A stretch of DNA of 63,314 bases, the filler included, from Collodictyon triciliatum (lineage: Eukaryota): the NCBI GenBank assembly GCA_043381765.1. It is 10 parts of 10 records of this genome, joined end to end, with 100 filler letters (N's around TTAATTAATTAA, not from the genome) between each part and the next. Parts side by side here need not be neighbours in the genome. Positions count along the whole stretch, not along the records: positions 44,358 to 51,234 come from JBHJMP010004184.1; positions 51,335 to 58,210 come from JBHJMP010004185.1; positions 58,311 to 62,108 come from JBHJMP010004248.1; positions 62,209 to 63,314 come from JBHJMP010004308.1; 6 more parts are not named here. The stretch is one strand, 5' to 3'. The translations under genes and the position numbers were made by a program. The notes beneath the pieces are model-generated. The model saw nothing but the letters and a program-made list of their open reading frames with translations, did not search any database and was not told the origin of the DNA. This document shows positions 49,233 through 62,896 of the stretch, piece by piece (position 1 is the stretch's first letter; each line of letters starts with the position of its first letter).

Positions 49233-50711
49233 TTACGCAGATAAAGACTGGAGAGAAACCAGGTCTAGAACACTATGCACCAGTCTTTGGGTTAGTTCAG
49301 TTTGTGAGGAAAAAGGAAGGAAGCTTTCTACAGCTTCGGTCATAAATATCTCTGTAGAAGCAACTAACTGGACAGCAACATAGCATGTGCATGCTTCAAC
49401 ATCGGCCATGAAATTGGTTTCGTTCGTCCACAAACCCTGTGTTTCTGTTGATTCTTTGACAACAGCAACATAGTAATCATGCAACCACTCTTGTTGTAAT
49501 TTTTTTCTACATTCAGTTTTAGTGCTGCTGAAAATCAAAAACAGGACATCAAACAGCGCACATCCAACTCCCGAGAATTGCCAATCTACAATAAAAACAT
49601 CACTTCCTTTTCCCGTGGAAAAGTTCTGACTCGCAGCCCCGCGTGTTTGAAGAGAAAATAAAATATTGTGGGCCCACAAATCTCCATGACAAAACGTGTC
49701 CCTTGCAATAACTTTTTCACTCGAGAAGAAGGACAAATCATTCATTTTTTGTTCTAAATCGTGTATTTTTTGACAGTCTGAATGTGAAAACCAATGCAGC
49801 CAACAGTTGAGCCATTTCTCCTTCATGGGGCCGGAGCCTACTGCGCGCATAAACTCAAGGGAATCAGAAAGACGATTTAGTGGGCAGTGAGTTATCTGAT
49901 TACTCACTGAGAAGGCTGAACCAGAATTTAGTCGTGAAATACTTTTGGAGTGCAAGCTTGCAAGAGAGCGAAGGACTATCCGCACTTGATTATCAGTTAA
50001 CCCCTCCTCTATTTTGACAACATACGTTGATGGGGTCAAATCTTGCATAAAGATAGCACTATGTAAAAACTCACTGATTTGAACAGTTTTATCAGTCGTT
50101 GGTGTTTGACTATAAAATCCAGTTGCTTCGGGTATTTCTGCATGGTTTCCCAAGATATTTGAGCCTTCAGTTAAGTCGACACATCCATCGAAATAGTATA
50201 CCCTTGGTAGAAAAGGTACATGAAATCCATGAGAAAGAAACACATAGGCTTTTCTCTCTGTTTGGTGTACTTTATGCATCCATGCATCCCGCTCAAGCCC
50301 AATAAACTTGCACAAAATAGATAGCTGCATCATGTCTCTGGAACTTTTGCTGGATATGTGGGATGATTCTGCGTCGTTCACAGTGTATTGTATCGCAATA
50401 CGACATAGATTTGCGATGAACCCAAGTCTTGATTCTACGCGGCGAATCTCCACATCGCAAACGCGATAACCGACTTCCACACTTTCGCCTGCAATCTGCT
50501 GGGATTCCTCAGAGAACAAAGGCGGATACCGGGCCATATGTGATTCCACAAACTTTGACCAGGAGGCCTGGGGAATCATTTCTAAAAGCTCCATCGAATG
50601 CCTGATCTTTGTTTTCATAAACCCAAGAGATATGTAAACAGCATAAATAAAGTTAAGGAAACCAATCAAAAGAAATAAAAATGAATGCCACAACCTTTTC
50701 GCAATGCACAA
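49233..50711 (-). CDS. Ecdysteroid-kinase-like / CHK kinase-like (APH-fold) protein, single long ORF
   Basis: 492-codon open frame with SRLGF, FLPRVYY, IFMQDL, LASLHSKS, TFCHGDLWAHNILF and IVDWQFSGVGCALFDV. The ORF track starts at TTG; the first ATG is at 50618. Confidence 0.85.
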   Translation of the reverse strand: MCIAKRLWHSFLFLLIGFLNFIYAVYISLGFMKTKIRHSMELLEMIPQASWSKFVESHMARYPPLFSEESQQIAGESVEVGYRVCDVEIRRVESRLGFIANLCRIAIQYTVNDAESSHISSKSSRDMMQLSILCKFIGLERDAWMHKVHQTERKAYVFLSHGFHVPFLPRVYYFDGCVDLTEGSNILGNHAEIPEATGFYSQTPTTDKTVQISEFLHSAIFMQDLTPSTYVVKIEEGLTDNQVRIVLRSLASLHSKSISRLNSGSAFSVSNQITHCPLNRLSDSLEFMRAVGSGPMKEKWLNCWLHWFSHSDCQKIHDLEQKMNDLSFFSSEKVIARDTFCHGDLWAHNILFSLQTRGAASQNFSTGKGSDVFIVDWQFSGVGCALFDVLFLIFSSTKTECRKKLQQEWLHDYYVAVVKESTETQGLWTNETNFMADVEACTCYVAVQLVASTEIFMTEAVESFLPFSSQTELTQRLVHSVLDLVSLQSLSA

Positions 50712-51334
50712 TCAAAAAGGGAGTATAAAATAAACAAAAAGATAAAAGCACAAAACAATGTGAATGTAGAGCGTAAGAGAATAAAGAGAAAATAACAACA
50801 AAAACGAGAAGCAGGAGACTTTGAAATCTAGGCCTCTCCCATAAAAAAAAAAAAAGAAGAAAAGACAAATATGTTAAAGTAAGAAATGTTAAAGCTATGA
50901 GACCATGCAGCCCACTCAGAATTATCTTTTCATTTTGATATAGTTGGCTTGGGAAATGCTGCGGTTTGGTAGTCCATCTGCCCTTCCTTCAACCCTGGTT
51001 GGATCGGGCGTCCGAGCGTATTCGGGATATCAGTTCGTTGATACCCCATATGAATTTTGCAATAGGACGAATCTATGGAAAGGTCATGTATGCGTCATCG
51101 GCCGAAGGATCTCAAATAATCTGTGGAGGCTTCAGAAGTCTACAAAAACATAAAAAACATAAAAAACATAAAAAACATAAAAAACATAAAAAACATAAAA
51201 AACATAAAAAACATAAAAAACATAAAAAACATAANNNNNNNNNNNNNNNNNNNNNNNNNNNNNNNNNNNNNNNNNNNNTTAATTAATTAANNNNNNNNNN
51301 NNNNNNNNNNNNNNNNNNNNNNNNNNNNNNNNNN

Positions 51335-51714
51335 AGAGATGTGGGAATGTGTCGTAAGATATCTCCCACAGCATATCCAACCCCTGCTACCCACGCAACC
51401 AATCAACCAGTTGGGTCGCCCACCTGACCAACTTGTTATCACTGATTTCTTTCCAGTGCTACCCTCTCCACGGTAGTGTCTTCCCCTAATCACGTTTGCT
51501 CTCTACCATGCGCACCCATCCCGCCCCTTTGTATGGCATAACCTCGCTGCACGTTGAATCGGATAGAGGGAAAAAATGTATGAAGCCCATTCTCAGCCAG
51601 TTGGTGCTCGACCTCTATCTTGACAAACAGAAACAAAAACAAAAACAAAAACAAAGTGGCATCGTGAACTCCAATAGGATGATACACAAGATAACAGTCA
51701 ATGAGTCTAAATAG
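51335..51714 (+). CDS. Possible 3' end (two exons) of an unidentified gene converging on the cyclase-like gene
   Basis: Open frame ..GRPPDQLVITDFFPVLPSPR, then a GT-AG intron, then GKKCMKPILSQLVLDLYLDKQ..*. It is weakly reminiscent of AMP-binding enzyme C-termini. Confidence 0.3.
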
Positions 51715-51872
51715 CCCAGTTGTTTTTTATGGCCGCTCAGTGACTGGTATATTTATAGTTTATTGCTATCAAGAGGAGTTTTTGATAATATTCTATCAAC
51801 ATTTTCTGAAAAGATAATTGAAAGTGGAAAAAGAAACAGTCGAATGTACACCAAATTTAAGTATTGTGAAAT

Positions 51873-54800
51873 CTAGTCGTGAGTTCCATTCAGGAAGGAA
51901 TCGAATGTTTCCTCATCGACCCAGTCAATAAAAGAAGCAAATCGTCCCCAAACATCGTCAGCAGACGACAGAAGGTATCCATAATTCTCACTATCACCTC
52001 CACGTTGAAAATGCATCTCTTTTGTATCCTTGCATGCCTCATATAGTTTTGGATGTATCTGCCAGCAAAAAAAAAAAAAAAGAAGTAAAAAAGAATGAAA
52101 ATACGTGAATGCACCATACCAAGCATTATTAAACTCAAGAGATAGGAATAGCGGCCAATACAAGTGTTCTTCCGAAGTAACATGAGTTCTTCATATTGTT
52201 CGCTTCGATGCCTAATTTGTGGGGTTGCAGTTGAGGAATCAATAGAATAATTTGAAAGGCAAAGGAACATAATAATTTTTGGGTAGGCCGAGTTTTATTT
52301 TATCAAGTTTAATTACAAGGTGGACCCCATAAGTCATACGAAAACCGGACAGGACCTATTTTGGCAGAAAGATATAATTCAACATAAAAAAACGAGTTTG
52401 CATCCGAAAAAAACACAAAATTATTCGCAAGGGCACAAACTAACTCGAAAATGTCGAAATTTATTAAAATTACTTGCGATTCCTCCCAGACAAGAGCCCA
52501 ACGACATCCCAACGCGAAATTCGATGCGCGTTTTTGTTTTTTCGTGAATAATTTGATGGAAATATTCATGTATCTAGGAAGTGAATATGTAGATAATAAA
52601 ATAAATAAACGAGGGGGGTTTCTCACAAGAACGGAAATATGCTCTTTTAATTATCTCTGAATATTGATTTCAAAATAATATCATCAAAACATGTATGAAT
52701 TTACTCACGTAGCAGCCAAATCTCAAGCAGTCTAGAATTAGACTGTTATTGTGCTCATATAAACCTCCAGCAACCTCAAGGATGATAATATATCGATTAA
52801 TTTGATTCTTTAGAAAAAGTATCAGGTGATAAATAATGCATATAGACCTGATGCACTGAATTAATAATTCACTGGACCAAGATGAAAATATTTAAAGTCT
52901 AAGTGGATGAATTTAGAAATATAACTCACCATATAATTATTTCCGAACGTCTTAATCGGCTCTAGACTGAATGTTTGGCATATATATTCTAGTTCTCGAA
53001 ATATTTCTGCCATAAGAGGATATGGCCATTAAATCTTTTTGTATTCCATTTGTACTCATTTACTTAGTCTTTTTGTGTTATATTCATACCTGCTATTAAC
53101 ACCATCCTATCGGATACTGAACTGCTAGCTGTCATATCTTCTAACCTACCTAGTTCAATAGAGAAAACAACAACATTCGGATAATGGCTACAACGCTCGT
53201 AGTTTCCTTCCTTCAAACCCTCAAAAACAGGGCGCGGAAGGAGTGATAATAGGCATGTCTCTGCATGGGTCGTTTCAGATATGATTTTGTCCAGTTTCTA
53301 AAATCAATTACATATTTTTTAAAAAAAAATAATTGAGGATTACATTAACGTGATTGAATTAAAAAAAATATAATTTTTTTAAAAAAAAATCATTTTCTTT
53401 TCCTATTTTTTTGGATAAGTAAAAAATGTAATGTACCTTTCTTTGATCAAACTTTGACTGAAGCTCTTCCCGCTGAAGCTGGTTTTTGGCGTCATTAGCC
53501 TTCCAGTAAAGGTAAATAATGGAAAGTGTCCAAACAACATATATTAATGCTAATTGAACGATAGAGTGATTCCTGTAGCAACAAGAAAGGTGCATTAATG
53601 GAATGTGAACTAAACACTTTTAAAACAGCCAACATTCAATTTGCTGTAAAATGATTTCATTACACAAACCTCCAATACGGACTTCGGTAAGTATCTAATA
53701 ATACAGCAAGCGCGTAGAAAACAGCAAAAAATTTGAACGTGCGATGTGAGATAAGTGGGTTACTTAGAACAGCATCCAAACATATGATAATTTCAATTCC
53801 CAGAAAGAAATTAGCTAGCTCATCTTGTTTTTCAAATATATCTGTAAATGTATATTCTAAATGCATCTTCATCCACGAAAATACCCAAAACATCACTATT
53901 ACAAAGAGAGGTAGTTTCCTAAGGATTCTCCACCACTTAAAATTTGATGCAGGAATTTTGTATCCATGACAGAATGACATGAATCCAAAGAAGCTGATTG
54001 GGGTTATGACAAAGAATCTAATAAAAATTAAATATCCGCCTTCGTTGAAATCAATAATATTCCCAGAGGATAAGCTTTGCACTTCAAACAAACCAAGACC
54101 GATGAATGTGAGAATAGTCACACCGAGTTGTATCCTGATGATGCATGTAATGTTAGAAAATTTTTTACTAAGTTGCAAAAATTATATCATCGATGCTATG
54201 AATGATTGATACAATGTAAGCGTGGATTGCTCAGATCGCTGTGTGAACATCTCCATGTCCCTATCCTCAATTTCCATTTTCTCTTCCTCATTATTGTTCC
54301 AATCTGAAGTAATACTCTCCCTTTGGTCAATGTTAATAGTCTAGGGATGAAGATGTGAAATTTCAATCCATCATGTTAGAAAACATTAAAATTATTAGCC
54401 GATTAATTTATCTTTATATTTTCATTTCTATGGACTAATTTTAATCAACCTTGAAATCTGCAGGAAACTTTTCCTTTTCTAAAACAAGGTCATTCGAGAT
54501 ATTGAGCACTCCAATATTATCTGAAAAATGGGCGTCAGGAAAATTCAGACCCTTTCCTGTATACTTTTCAACAATATCATCCATCAAGGATTTTTCAACA
54601 ATGCGTTGGTCGAAAATGTAAAAAAAATCCCCCTCTGATTTCAGCCTTTCTCTCATGAAGAAATCTTCCTATTTTTACATCAAAAAAATTACGACATTTT
54701 CCCACCACATTTTGGGTTTACTGAATTTTAATGATAAACAATCAACTATACTTTAAGCAATCCTTTGAACCTTTCAGATAGAAACAGTTTGTTGTGAATT

Positions 54801-54886
54801 TTTGCGTGATTGATGAAGCTAAGCGCCTCAAAAAGGGCTTTGAAAAATTGATTTTAAAAAATTGAAATGAATTATATTTCAAAATC

Positions 54887-54969
<83 letters not shown>

Positions 54970-57859
54970 TTAAATAAATGAATGAATCCAATTTAATGAA
55001 GAACCTGGACCGAACACATCAAAGGAATTACGAGAACAAGTTACTGCTCCACCAAAAAGACTTCCCCGTGTGATAACGGCAGATACTTTGAACTAATATT
55101 ACAAAAAAATTATTCATGTATCTCTTGGGGAAAACCTGAATTATAAAGGGGTTTAATTTGTACTTGACTGGATTTGTAGGCTGTTTTGGTCATTTGTATT
55201 ATGTGCAGTCCTGTGCGAAAGTATTTCTCTAATCGTTCTGGATTGACCTTCTCTAAAATCCCTGAGCACCCCTGTCCAATTTTTTAATTTATTGTACAAA
55301 TAATGAAAATTTGTAAACCGTTTAAATAATTGATGTAGCAGAAAAAATGAAGAATGAACCAAAGCTGACCAGTATAATATCACCTATTGTTTAGAGGGAA
55401 AAAAGTTTGACAATTATGAACGACAGTGAAGAAATACTATTGCATGTATTTATCAAATAAACTTTAGCGAATATTTACCATATGATTTTATCTTGTCAAC
55501 TCCCCCTCTGTGAAAAAATAAATATCAAAAAACTACTACTTGCGCATCAAGTTTGTTTGCATAATGATAATGATAGTGATAGTGATAGTGATAGTGATAG
55601 TGATAATGATAGTGATAATGATAATGATGATGATAATAAAAATGATCAAGAATCAATAACATACTGTTGCAAGTAGATATCCACCAACCTGTTTTTTTAT
55701 ATAATATGAGTGTTATTCGATAAGAATGCTGAAAATAAAGAAGGTGGAAGAGTTCTTATAATTTTAAGTTAAAATCATGGTGCCCATGTTAACTTGGAAG
55801 TTTCCGATCGCTCTATGAATGATATTACTGTATAAAACTATAAATTTGTTTTCTTAGATAAAAAATTACTTGTGTATTTTCTGAACTGTTTTATAGTACT
55901 CTTCACCATCGTGGTTAAGATCGAATTTTATCACCATCATGATACATTCAGAACTTGAAACATTTGGTGCAATAATCATGTTTTCCCGTTGCAAATACTC
56001 TGATATCAACCTATTGAATCAATTTTTTAAACTCTAGTGTTATGTTTGTTTCGAAATAAAATGAAAAAATTGGCAAGTATATGAGTTCTTTTTCTGATTG
56101 GCGTACTTTGGATACATGTTATCCAGTATACTTGTTGTTTTTGACTTCTCAGTCTCAAGTTTTTGCTCATAGAACTTGAGTATGAGATCACCAAGATATT
56201 TTCTAAAGAATTGATTTGGGGGGATTAGGACATGTATTGAATCAAGTAGAATAAAATATGCATCACACAGGTAGATTTATAACCTCAATTCAAATAATAT
56301 TCTTTATTAGGTTTTGTGTAGATGCCAAAAAAGTACTTTCTATCAAGCATTTCCATCATGTAGCAGAGGATAGCTGAATTTAGAAACACAGCAACGAAGG
56401 GAAAAATGCTTCGTGGTACCAGAGTAAGGTCGAGATGTAACATAACGTAAACAGTAAAAAGACCGACGAAGTATACACCAAAAATTATAAACCTTCGAAA
56501 CAGTATGCGAGTCGAAGTTGCAAACATCTGTTTATGAATATTTAGAACATTTCCAAAGCAGACGAATAATACTTGTGTATACGATTTAAATATTATTAAA
56601 GCTAAGCGTGTACTCACGACGACAATTGAAAATTGCAAGAAAGTTGGGTAGTAAAGGTGGTTAAAGTAGCTGACTGATGTGACCCCCGACCCGAGAATGA
56701 AAGCATAAATCAGCTGTAATCTTTGAAATTTCCTACATGTATTTATGCGTTACTTCCTTTTTAACTTCCACTATAGTCTTACATGCAATAGGATAATTAA
56801 AATAGGCAAATAAATAAATAAAAAAAAAAGGGGAGCGTGTCATTTTAACATCTTTTATTATTTTCTTTGAATCGAATAAAGGGGAAAAACACATCTTTTA
56901 TTATTTTGATCGGTGATTTTTCTGAAAAAAAAATGTGTAAGATATACTCTCTGCCAGGATTATTTCGAACAACAAAGTAAGTAGAAAAGCTCGATAATAT
57001 GACGATAACACTGGCCAGTCCTGTACCCCTATGAATTAAAACGGATAGTAACCCCTGAATGAAAAAAATATATTAAGAAGAAATTTTGATACATGGGCAT
57101 GTATATGTATTAATGCCACAAACAGCCATCCGAAAGACCAAAAGAAGAATATGACGCCCACAATGCCACACACTAACAATAACTTCTTGAAAAACGGAGT
57201 GACTTTCTTTTGGATTTCTATTTGGAAATCTTCTTCAGCCTTATCATCGCGAAATCTGACATAATCATAGTTATCAACTCAATTAATTTTTCAAAGGCAT
57301 ATGTAATCGAACAGTTATACTATTCATAGAACCATAAGATTCCAATATTCTGCTTCAAAAGGTTATTCATTTTTCTTTTCTTTTCTTTTCTTTTCTTTTC
57401 AATTTTTTTTTGGAAAAACAATAAAATTAAGTATTAGAGGAAGATAAGAAAGACATGTGGCAAAAAAAAGTGGAAACGAGCATCAAAATGAAAACACATC
57501 GGAAACCTCAATGAAACGTGGTCGATCTCTGGGAGGGTGGGCATGTCTGATGTAGAGAAAGGGAGGGCAGACCAGTCAATTACTTCGCGAGTGGGATCGG
57601 ATATATCCGAAAATGAATTGGAGTCGATTTTTTCAGACATTTCATCTATCTGTAGCCGCTTTGTTTTGAGGACAAGTCGGCCGTTCTCGTATGCAGGAGT
57701 TGCATAAGAAAAAGATGTTCCAGTAGTGTGATTCGATGTGGAACCTTCAGACTTCCGACTAACGCCAGACTGATGCGAGACGCGCTTGTGAGACAAATCC
57801 CGGCCGGGCTCGACACTTAACATGTCAGGTTGTTTCAGGTCAGTTAGATCGGTGATCAT
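51873..57859 (-). CDS. Multi-pass membrane protein with two class III adenylate/guanylate cyclase-like domains (TM block-C1-TM block-C2), both degenerate
   Basis: Hydrophobic exons at 56330-57250 and 53440-54180. C1 reads ILDNMYPK..DIILGCSGIL..ITRGSLFGGAVTCSRNSFDVFGP. C2 reads CLLSLLPRPV..YPNVVVFSIEL..LEPIKTFGNNYM..IEFRVGMSLGSCLGGIASPVRFSYDLWGP. A few splice junctions are unresolved. Confidence 0.8.
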
Positions 57860-58533
57860 TCCCTGGCCGCCGTAGTAGGGTGGTAGGTCTCAAAACAAAT
57901 TCTGGATGAATAAAGAGTATAAAAAGAAGGTAGTCGATGGAATGTCTTGTAGTGAAGAGTTCACTTTACTCCGTGCTGTTTCTACGACGACGCGTCATTT
58001 TTCATTCACTAAAGAAACTCAGTCGAATATTATCCGCCCTATTTACAGTTATAACGAGCTCCAGTGCATCATTTACACCTCTTTTTTTTTTTTTGGTAAA
58101 AATAAACGCTCGTATTTTGTTTGTTTGTTTGTTTGTTTGTTTGTTTGTTTGTTTGTTTGTTTGTTTGTTTGTTTGTTTGTTTGTTTGTTTGTTTGTTTGT
58201 TTGTTTGTTTNNNNNNNNNNNNNNNNNNNNNNNNNNNNNNNNNNNNNNNNNNNNTTAATTAATTAANNNNNNNNNNNNNNNNNNNNNNNNNNNNNNNNNN
58301 NNNNNNNNNNAAAAAACAACAAAAAAACAACAAAAAAACAACAAAAAAACAACAAAAAAACAACAAAAAAACAACAAAAAAACAACAAAAAAACAACAAA
58401 AAAACAACATGGGTCATATCACACATACAAATAAATTTAGATTGTGTCCAAATAACCAAGTCGTTAACAAACCAATGACGTTTTATCACCAACATTGCAT
58501 TTTATCACATGTTTTCTATGCTGACTGAAATAG

Positions 58534-60933
58534 GTTGTGACGAGTGTTGAGGAGGTTATCGATATCCTTGGAATAGGAGAAAAAAATCGCATTTACGCAG
58601 CGACGAACATGAATGAGCACTCGTCGAGAAGTCATTGGTAATTAGTTGACTAAAATCATATTTCGACTACAATTGGGCTTGAAAATTACATCAAACACTT
58701 ATGTAGCGGTGTGCTTCTCTTCTTTCTAATTAAATGAATAATATATGCAAAGCCTGTTCATGGTCAAGGTCGATCAAATCTTCCCGGATGGCTCCCGAAA
58801 GAAAAGCCTCCTGAACTTTGTCGATCTGGCTGGGAGGTATAGAGATCTTTTCATAATATGTCACTATCTCGACTAATCTTGTGCTTTTCCTCGCTTGTAT
58901 GCAGCGAGCGCCTTTACAAAACTGGCGTCGAAGGATTAACACTTGAGGAGGTATCGAACATCATATGAGATACTGCACATAATTTTATATCGAGAATAAA
59001 TCTCATGAAAAATTTTGAAGAAAATTGAATGGCTGTTCATCTTCAATTTTTTTATTTGGCATTAGGGAAAGAAAATCAATTTATCTTTGTCTTCTTTGAG
59101 CCGTGTGATTCATGCACTCTCAGAGCAAGCCAAGGGACACATTCCGTATCGAGACTCCAAGTTGACGCGCATACTGCAGGTTTCTGGGTTATACTTCCAC
59201 CTACTCAGCCGATCGACTGCAAAATATTTTGAGTTTCTGGCAATATCTTTTTTTTCTCCAGCTGATTCTGAGTCTTAAATTTTAATTTAATTATGGCATA
59301 ACTCAAGCTAAACTAAATGAAACCTTTCTTTAGGAATCTATTGGCGGAAATGCAAAAACAAGTTTGATAATCAACTGCTCTCCTTGTAAATATCACATTG
59401 AAGAAACGATATCGTCTCTTGCATTTGGCCAAAGGTTAGTCACACTCTGAAGTATACTTTTTGTGAAAATATTGTATTTCTTCCCCCGAGTCCCCATGAC
59501 AAAGCCCATTATGTTATTTTTTTCCCAACTGAATGCAGAGCGAAAACGATCAAGAATTCGGTGCATATAAACCAGGAGGAGAGCAACGAAAAGTTGAAGC
59601 AAATTATCGTGTGAGCCTTTCATTCCCTATTTCGTATCGGGCCTTCTTTTTCTCCATCCCTATCCCCTCTTGGTCTTCAAAGCCTTACGTTTTCCAAATT
59701 AGAGAGTTAAAGCATCAAATTCACGATTTGCAGTACAATTCTTCTGGATGCAATCATGACATAGACCAAGTATTTTTCTTTTCTCCCCCCTTTCATTCTC
59801 CTTTTCGTTNNNNNNNNNNNNNNNNNNNNNNNNNNNNNNNNNNNNNNNNNNNNNNNNNNNNNNNNNNNNNNNNNNNNNNNNNNNNNNNNNNNNNNNNNNN
59901 NNNNNNNNNNNNNNNNNNNNNNNNNNNNNNNNNNNNNNNNNNNNNNNNNNNNNNNNNNNNNNNNNNNNNNNNNNNNNNNNNNNNNNNNNNNNNNNNNNNN
60001 NNNNNNNNNNNNNNNNNNNNNNNNNNNNNNNNNNNNNNNNNNNNNNNNNNNNNNNNNNNNNNNNNNNNNNNNNNNNNNNNNNNNNNNNNNNNNNNNNNNN
60101 NNNNNNNNNNNNNNNNNNNNNNNNNNNNNNNNNNNNNNNNNNNNNNNNNNNNNNNNNNNNNNNNNNNNNNNNNNNNNNNNNNNNNNNNNNNNNNNNNNNN
60201 NNNNNNNNNNNNNNNNNNNNNNNNNNNNNNNNNNNNNNNNNNNNNNNNNNNNNNNNNNNNNNNNNNNNNNNNNNNNNNNNNNNNNNNNNNNNNNNNNNNN
60301 NNNNNNNNNNNNNNNNNNNNNNNNNNNNAGCATGAGGAGAACGATGGAGGACCAGCGCGAAATTATCATTAATCTGAAGGCCCGAGTGAGACACTTTTAC
60401 ACTCCATATGTCCCTTACATACTTAAAAGCTGTGAAGCTTGATTCATCGAAAATAGTTTATGAATCTTGACAGGGTGTTTTAACAAGTTGCTTCCTGTAT
60501 CAAAATCATCTCTATTACTATTTTTTTTATTTCGGTCTGACGTTTGCATTTGCATTTTTTTTTCGGACCAGAATAAAGTGCTGGAAGAAACTTGCCACGG
60601 TCTCCGCAACCAATTGGCAGAGTCTGAGCAGCATGCCGATGGTACATTATCAATTACCTCCTTGATGAGTATTCATCTGCGCTTCCTGATTTTTTTTATT
60701 TTGATACTCTCAAGAGAATAGTTGTTAATTATGTGTTTTTTTCGGAAAAGACATGAAAATGCACCAAAACTAAGACGAACCTTCTAAAGATGAATTCATT
60801 ATTTACTAGTTCCATTATCCATGATGGAAAAGAAAGTCACACTTCTTGAAAGAGAATTGGAAAGCTTTAGGGAAAAATATTCCAGCGCTGTTGTTGAAAT
60901 ACTTGAAAAGGTGAAAGCACGATATAGAGAACA

Positions 60934-60968
<35 letters not shown>

Positions 60969-61943
60969 AAAAACAAATACCATATAGTTATAACCACATG
61001 CAATTCTGGGTTTCCAGTTCTGTGGAGTTATATATAAATATAGATATATTCTGTATTTTTTTTTAGCTGTGACACTCTTCGTCAATCAAAATCCATTCCT
61101 ATGCGCAGCGCTCAGGCTTATCCATAATCGTTCACCATTAGGAAAACACAATCACGCAGTACGAAGAGATGTTGAAGCAATCGTCTAGAATGGATACTCA
61201 GGTACGCACTCCTTGATATCCAGCTTAGTGGTACGTCGTTACCCATAATCCTGCAACTGAAAATTTCATCTACGTAGCTAAAGCAGGCGGAAATCACCAT
61301 TCACCACATGCAGTTGTTTGTTTCGAAAATTTTGTTTTTTTTTATAACCATGATAAATTTTAATAAGCACTCTATTCTCTTCTCCAGCTACACATGGTTA
61401 TGTTGTTTATTTTCTGCCCATGCTACCCATCTAACTATAAAATTTGTTATTTGTCGACCCCAAGGTCCGAGAGGAAAACTGTTGATGATTATCAGTCACA
61501 GCTTCACGAGGCACAAAAGAGAGGTGAATGAAATACCTTTCCAAAAAGTGTGATTAGACTATATTTATAAACAACTTCAAACTTGAATGTCATCCATCTT
61601 TTCTTTTATATATGTTCGTATGGTTGACTTTATCTCTTAAATATATTGTCCTTTATTAATATTCCCTATCAGCGGATGAGACATCTGCCAAACTTGAAAA
61701 GCTCGAAGCCTATCTGAAGCGGAGAGGAATCGACATAGATTTAGATGGAGGTAAAGAAATTTAGTTACGAAGCATATATCCACCAATATCAGACGAAAAA
61801 TATGAAAGGTCTGCCATTTATCTCATGCCAATTCTTGAGACGCGGCAGATTGTTCATTCAATATTCAAAAATGATGTTTTTAATTGACTAAATTCCATTG
61901 TTTGAAAGAGCGAGAGCCACCTCCTCTTTCCAGGCAATTCAAA
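58534..61943 (+). CDS. Kinesin motor protein (kinesin-1-like), internal fragment: C-terminal half of the motor plus coiled-coil stalk
   Basis: [83 protein letters not shown]. Confidence 0.93.
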
Positions 61944-62033
61944 GTAATTTATCATAGTTTTCAAAGCAAATATCTTTTAAAAAAACTTTTGTTTTTGATA
62001 TAGCAATCCCTTCTACTTTACTCTGGTCAAATC

Positions 62034-62108
<75 letters not shown>

Positions 62109-62212
62109 NNNNNNNNNNNNNNNNNNNNNNNNNNNNNNNNNNNNNNNNNNNNTTAATTAATTAANNNNNNNNNNNNNNNNNNNNNNNNNNNNNNNNNNNN
62201 NNNNNNNNTTTT

Positions 62213-62256
<44 letters not shown>

Positions 62257-62277
62257 GTCGTGGGGAAGGGGTCTTAC

Positions 62278-62896
62278 CGCCGATATCCCAGACGAAATAA
62301 ATCTGAGGTAGGAATCTTCCTCAGCCGCGCGAAATCCTGCCTGGGGGCTCAAAGCAGCATAGAGATCGGACCAGGAAACTAGGTGACAGTCGAACTCGGT
62401 CGATAGCTGGCGGCAGAGCTTCCCGCGATGCGCAAAAGGCGGTGCTATTTCGGTTAGCCGTAAACAAAAAAAAAATCAAAGAAGGATACAGAAACAATTA
62501 AAGAAACAATTAAAGAAACCATTAAAAAAGTAATTAAAGAAACAATTAAAAAAAGTAATTAAAGAAGTAATTAAAGAAGTAATTAAAGAAACAATTAAAG
62601 AAGTAATTAAAGAAACAACAAAAGAACAGCGACATGCACGCCTGGCAATGATCCATTCTTAACGAACCAATCACAGAGACGATGGGCGTGGAGCGAAGGG
62701 CCTCAGCCCGTGAAGAAACGACGGGACTCATCGACTCTGGGTGAAATGCGGCAGTGGCGGTTGTGCTCGGTGTGTTGTGTATTCCGTGGAGAATAGGTTC
62801 GGCGTCCCTGCTTGGGTGGCTCGTGGGTTTGTTTCCACCATCCATGCAGCCCCCTGGGCTTTGCACAAAGGAAAAGTGCGATGGTTGGCAGCCCAT
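62278..62896 (-). CDS. Adenylate-kinase-like protein with an MGC N-terminus and a degenerate P-loop, 5' two exons (62896-62668, 62444-62278)
   Basis: MGCQPS... spliced through a GT-AG intron with a CTAAC branch gives TPIVSVIAPPFAHRGKLCRQLSTEFDCHLVSWSDLY. This parallels the AK consensus IxxxGPPGSGKGTxCxxLxxxYxxxHLSxGDL. Confidence 0.55.
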
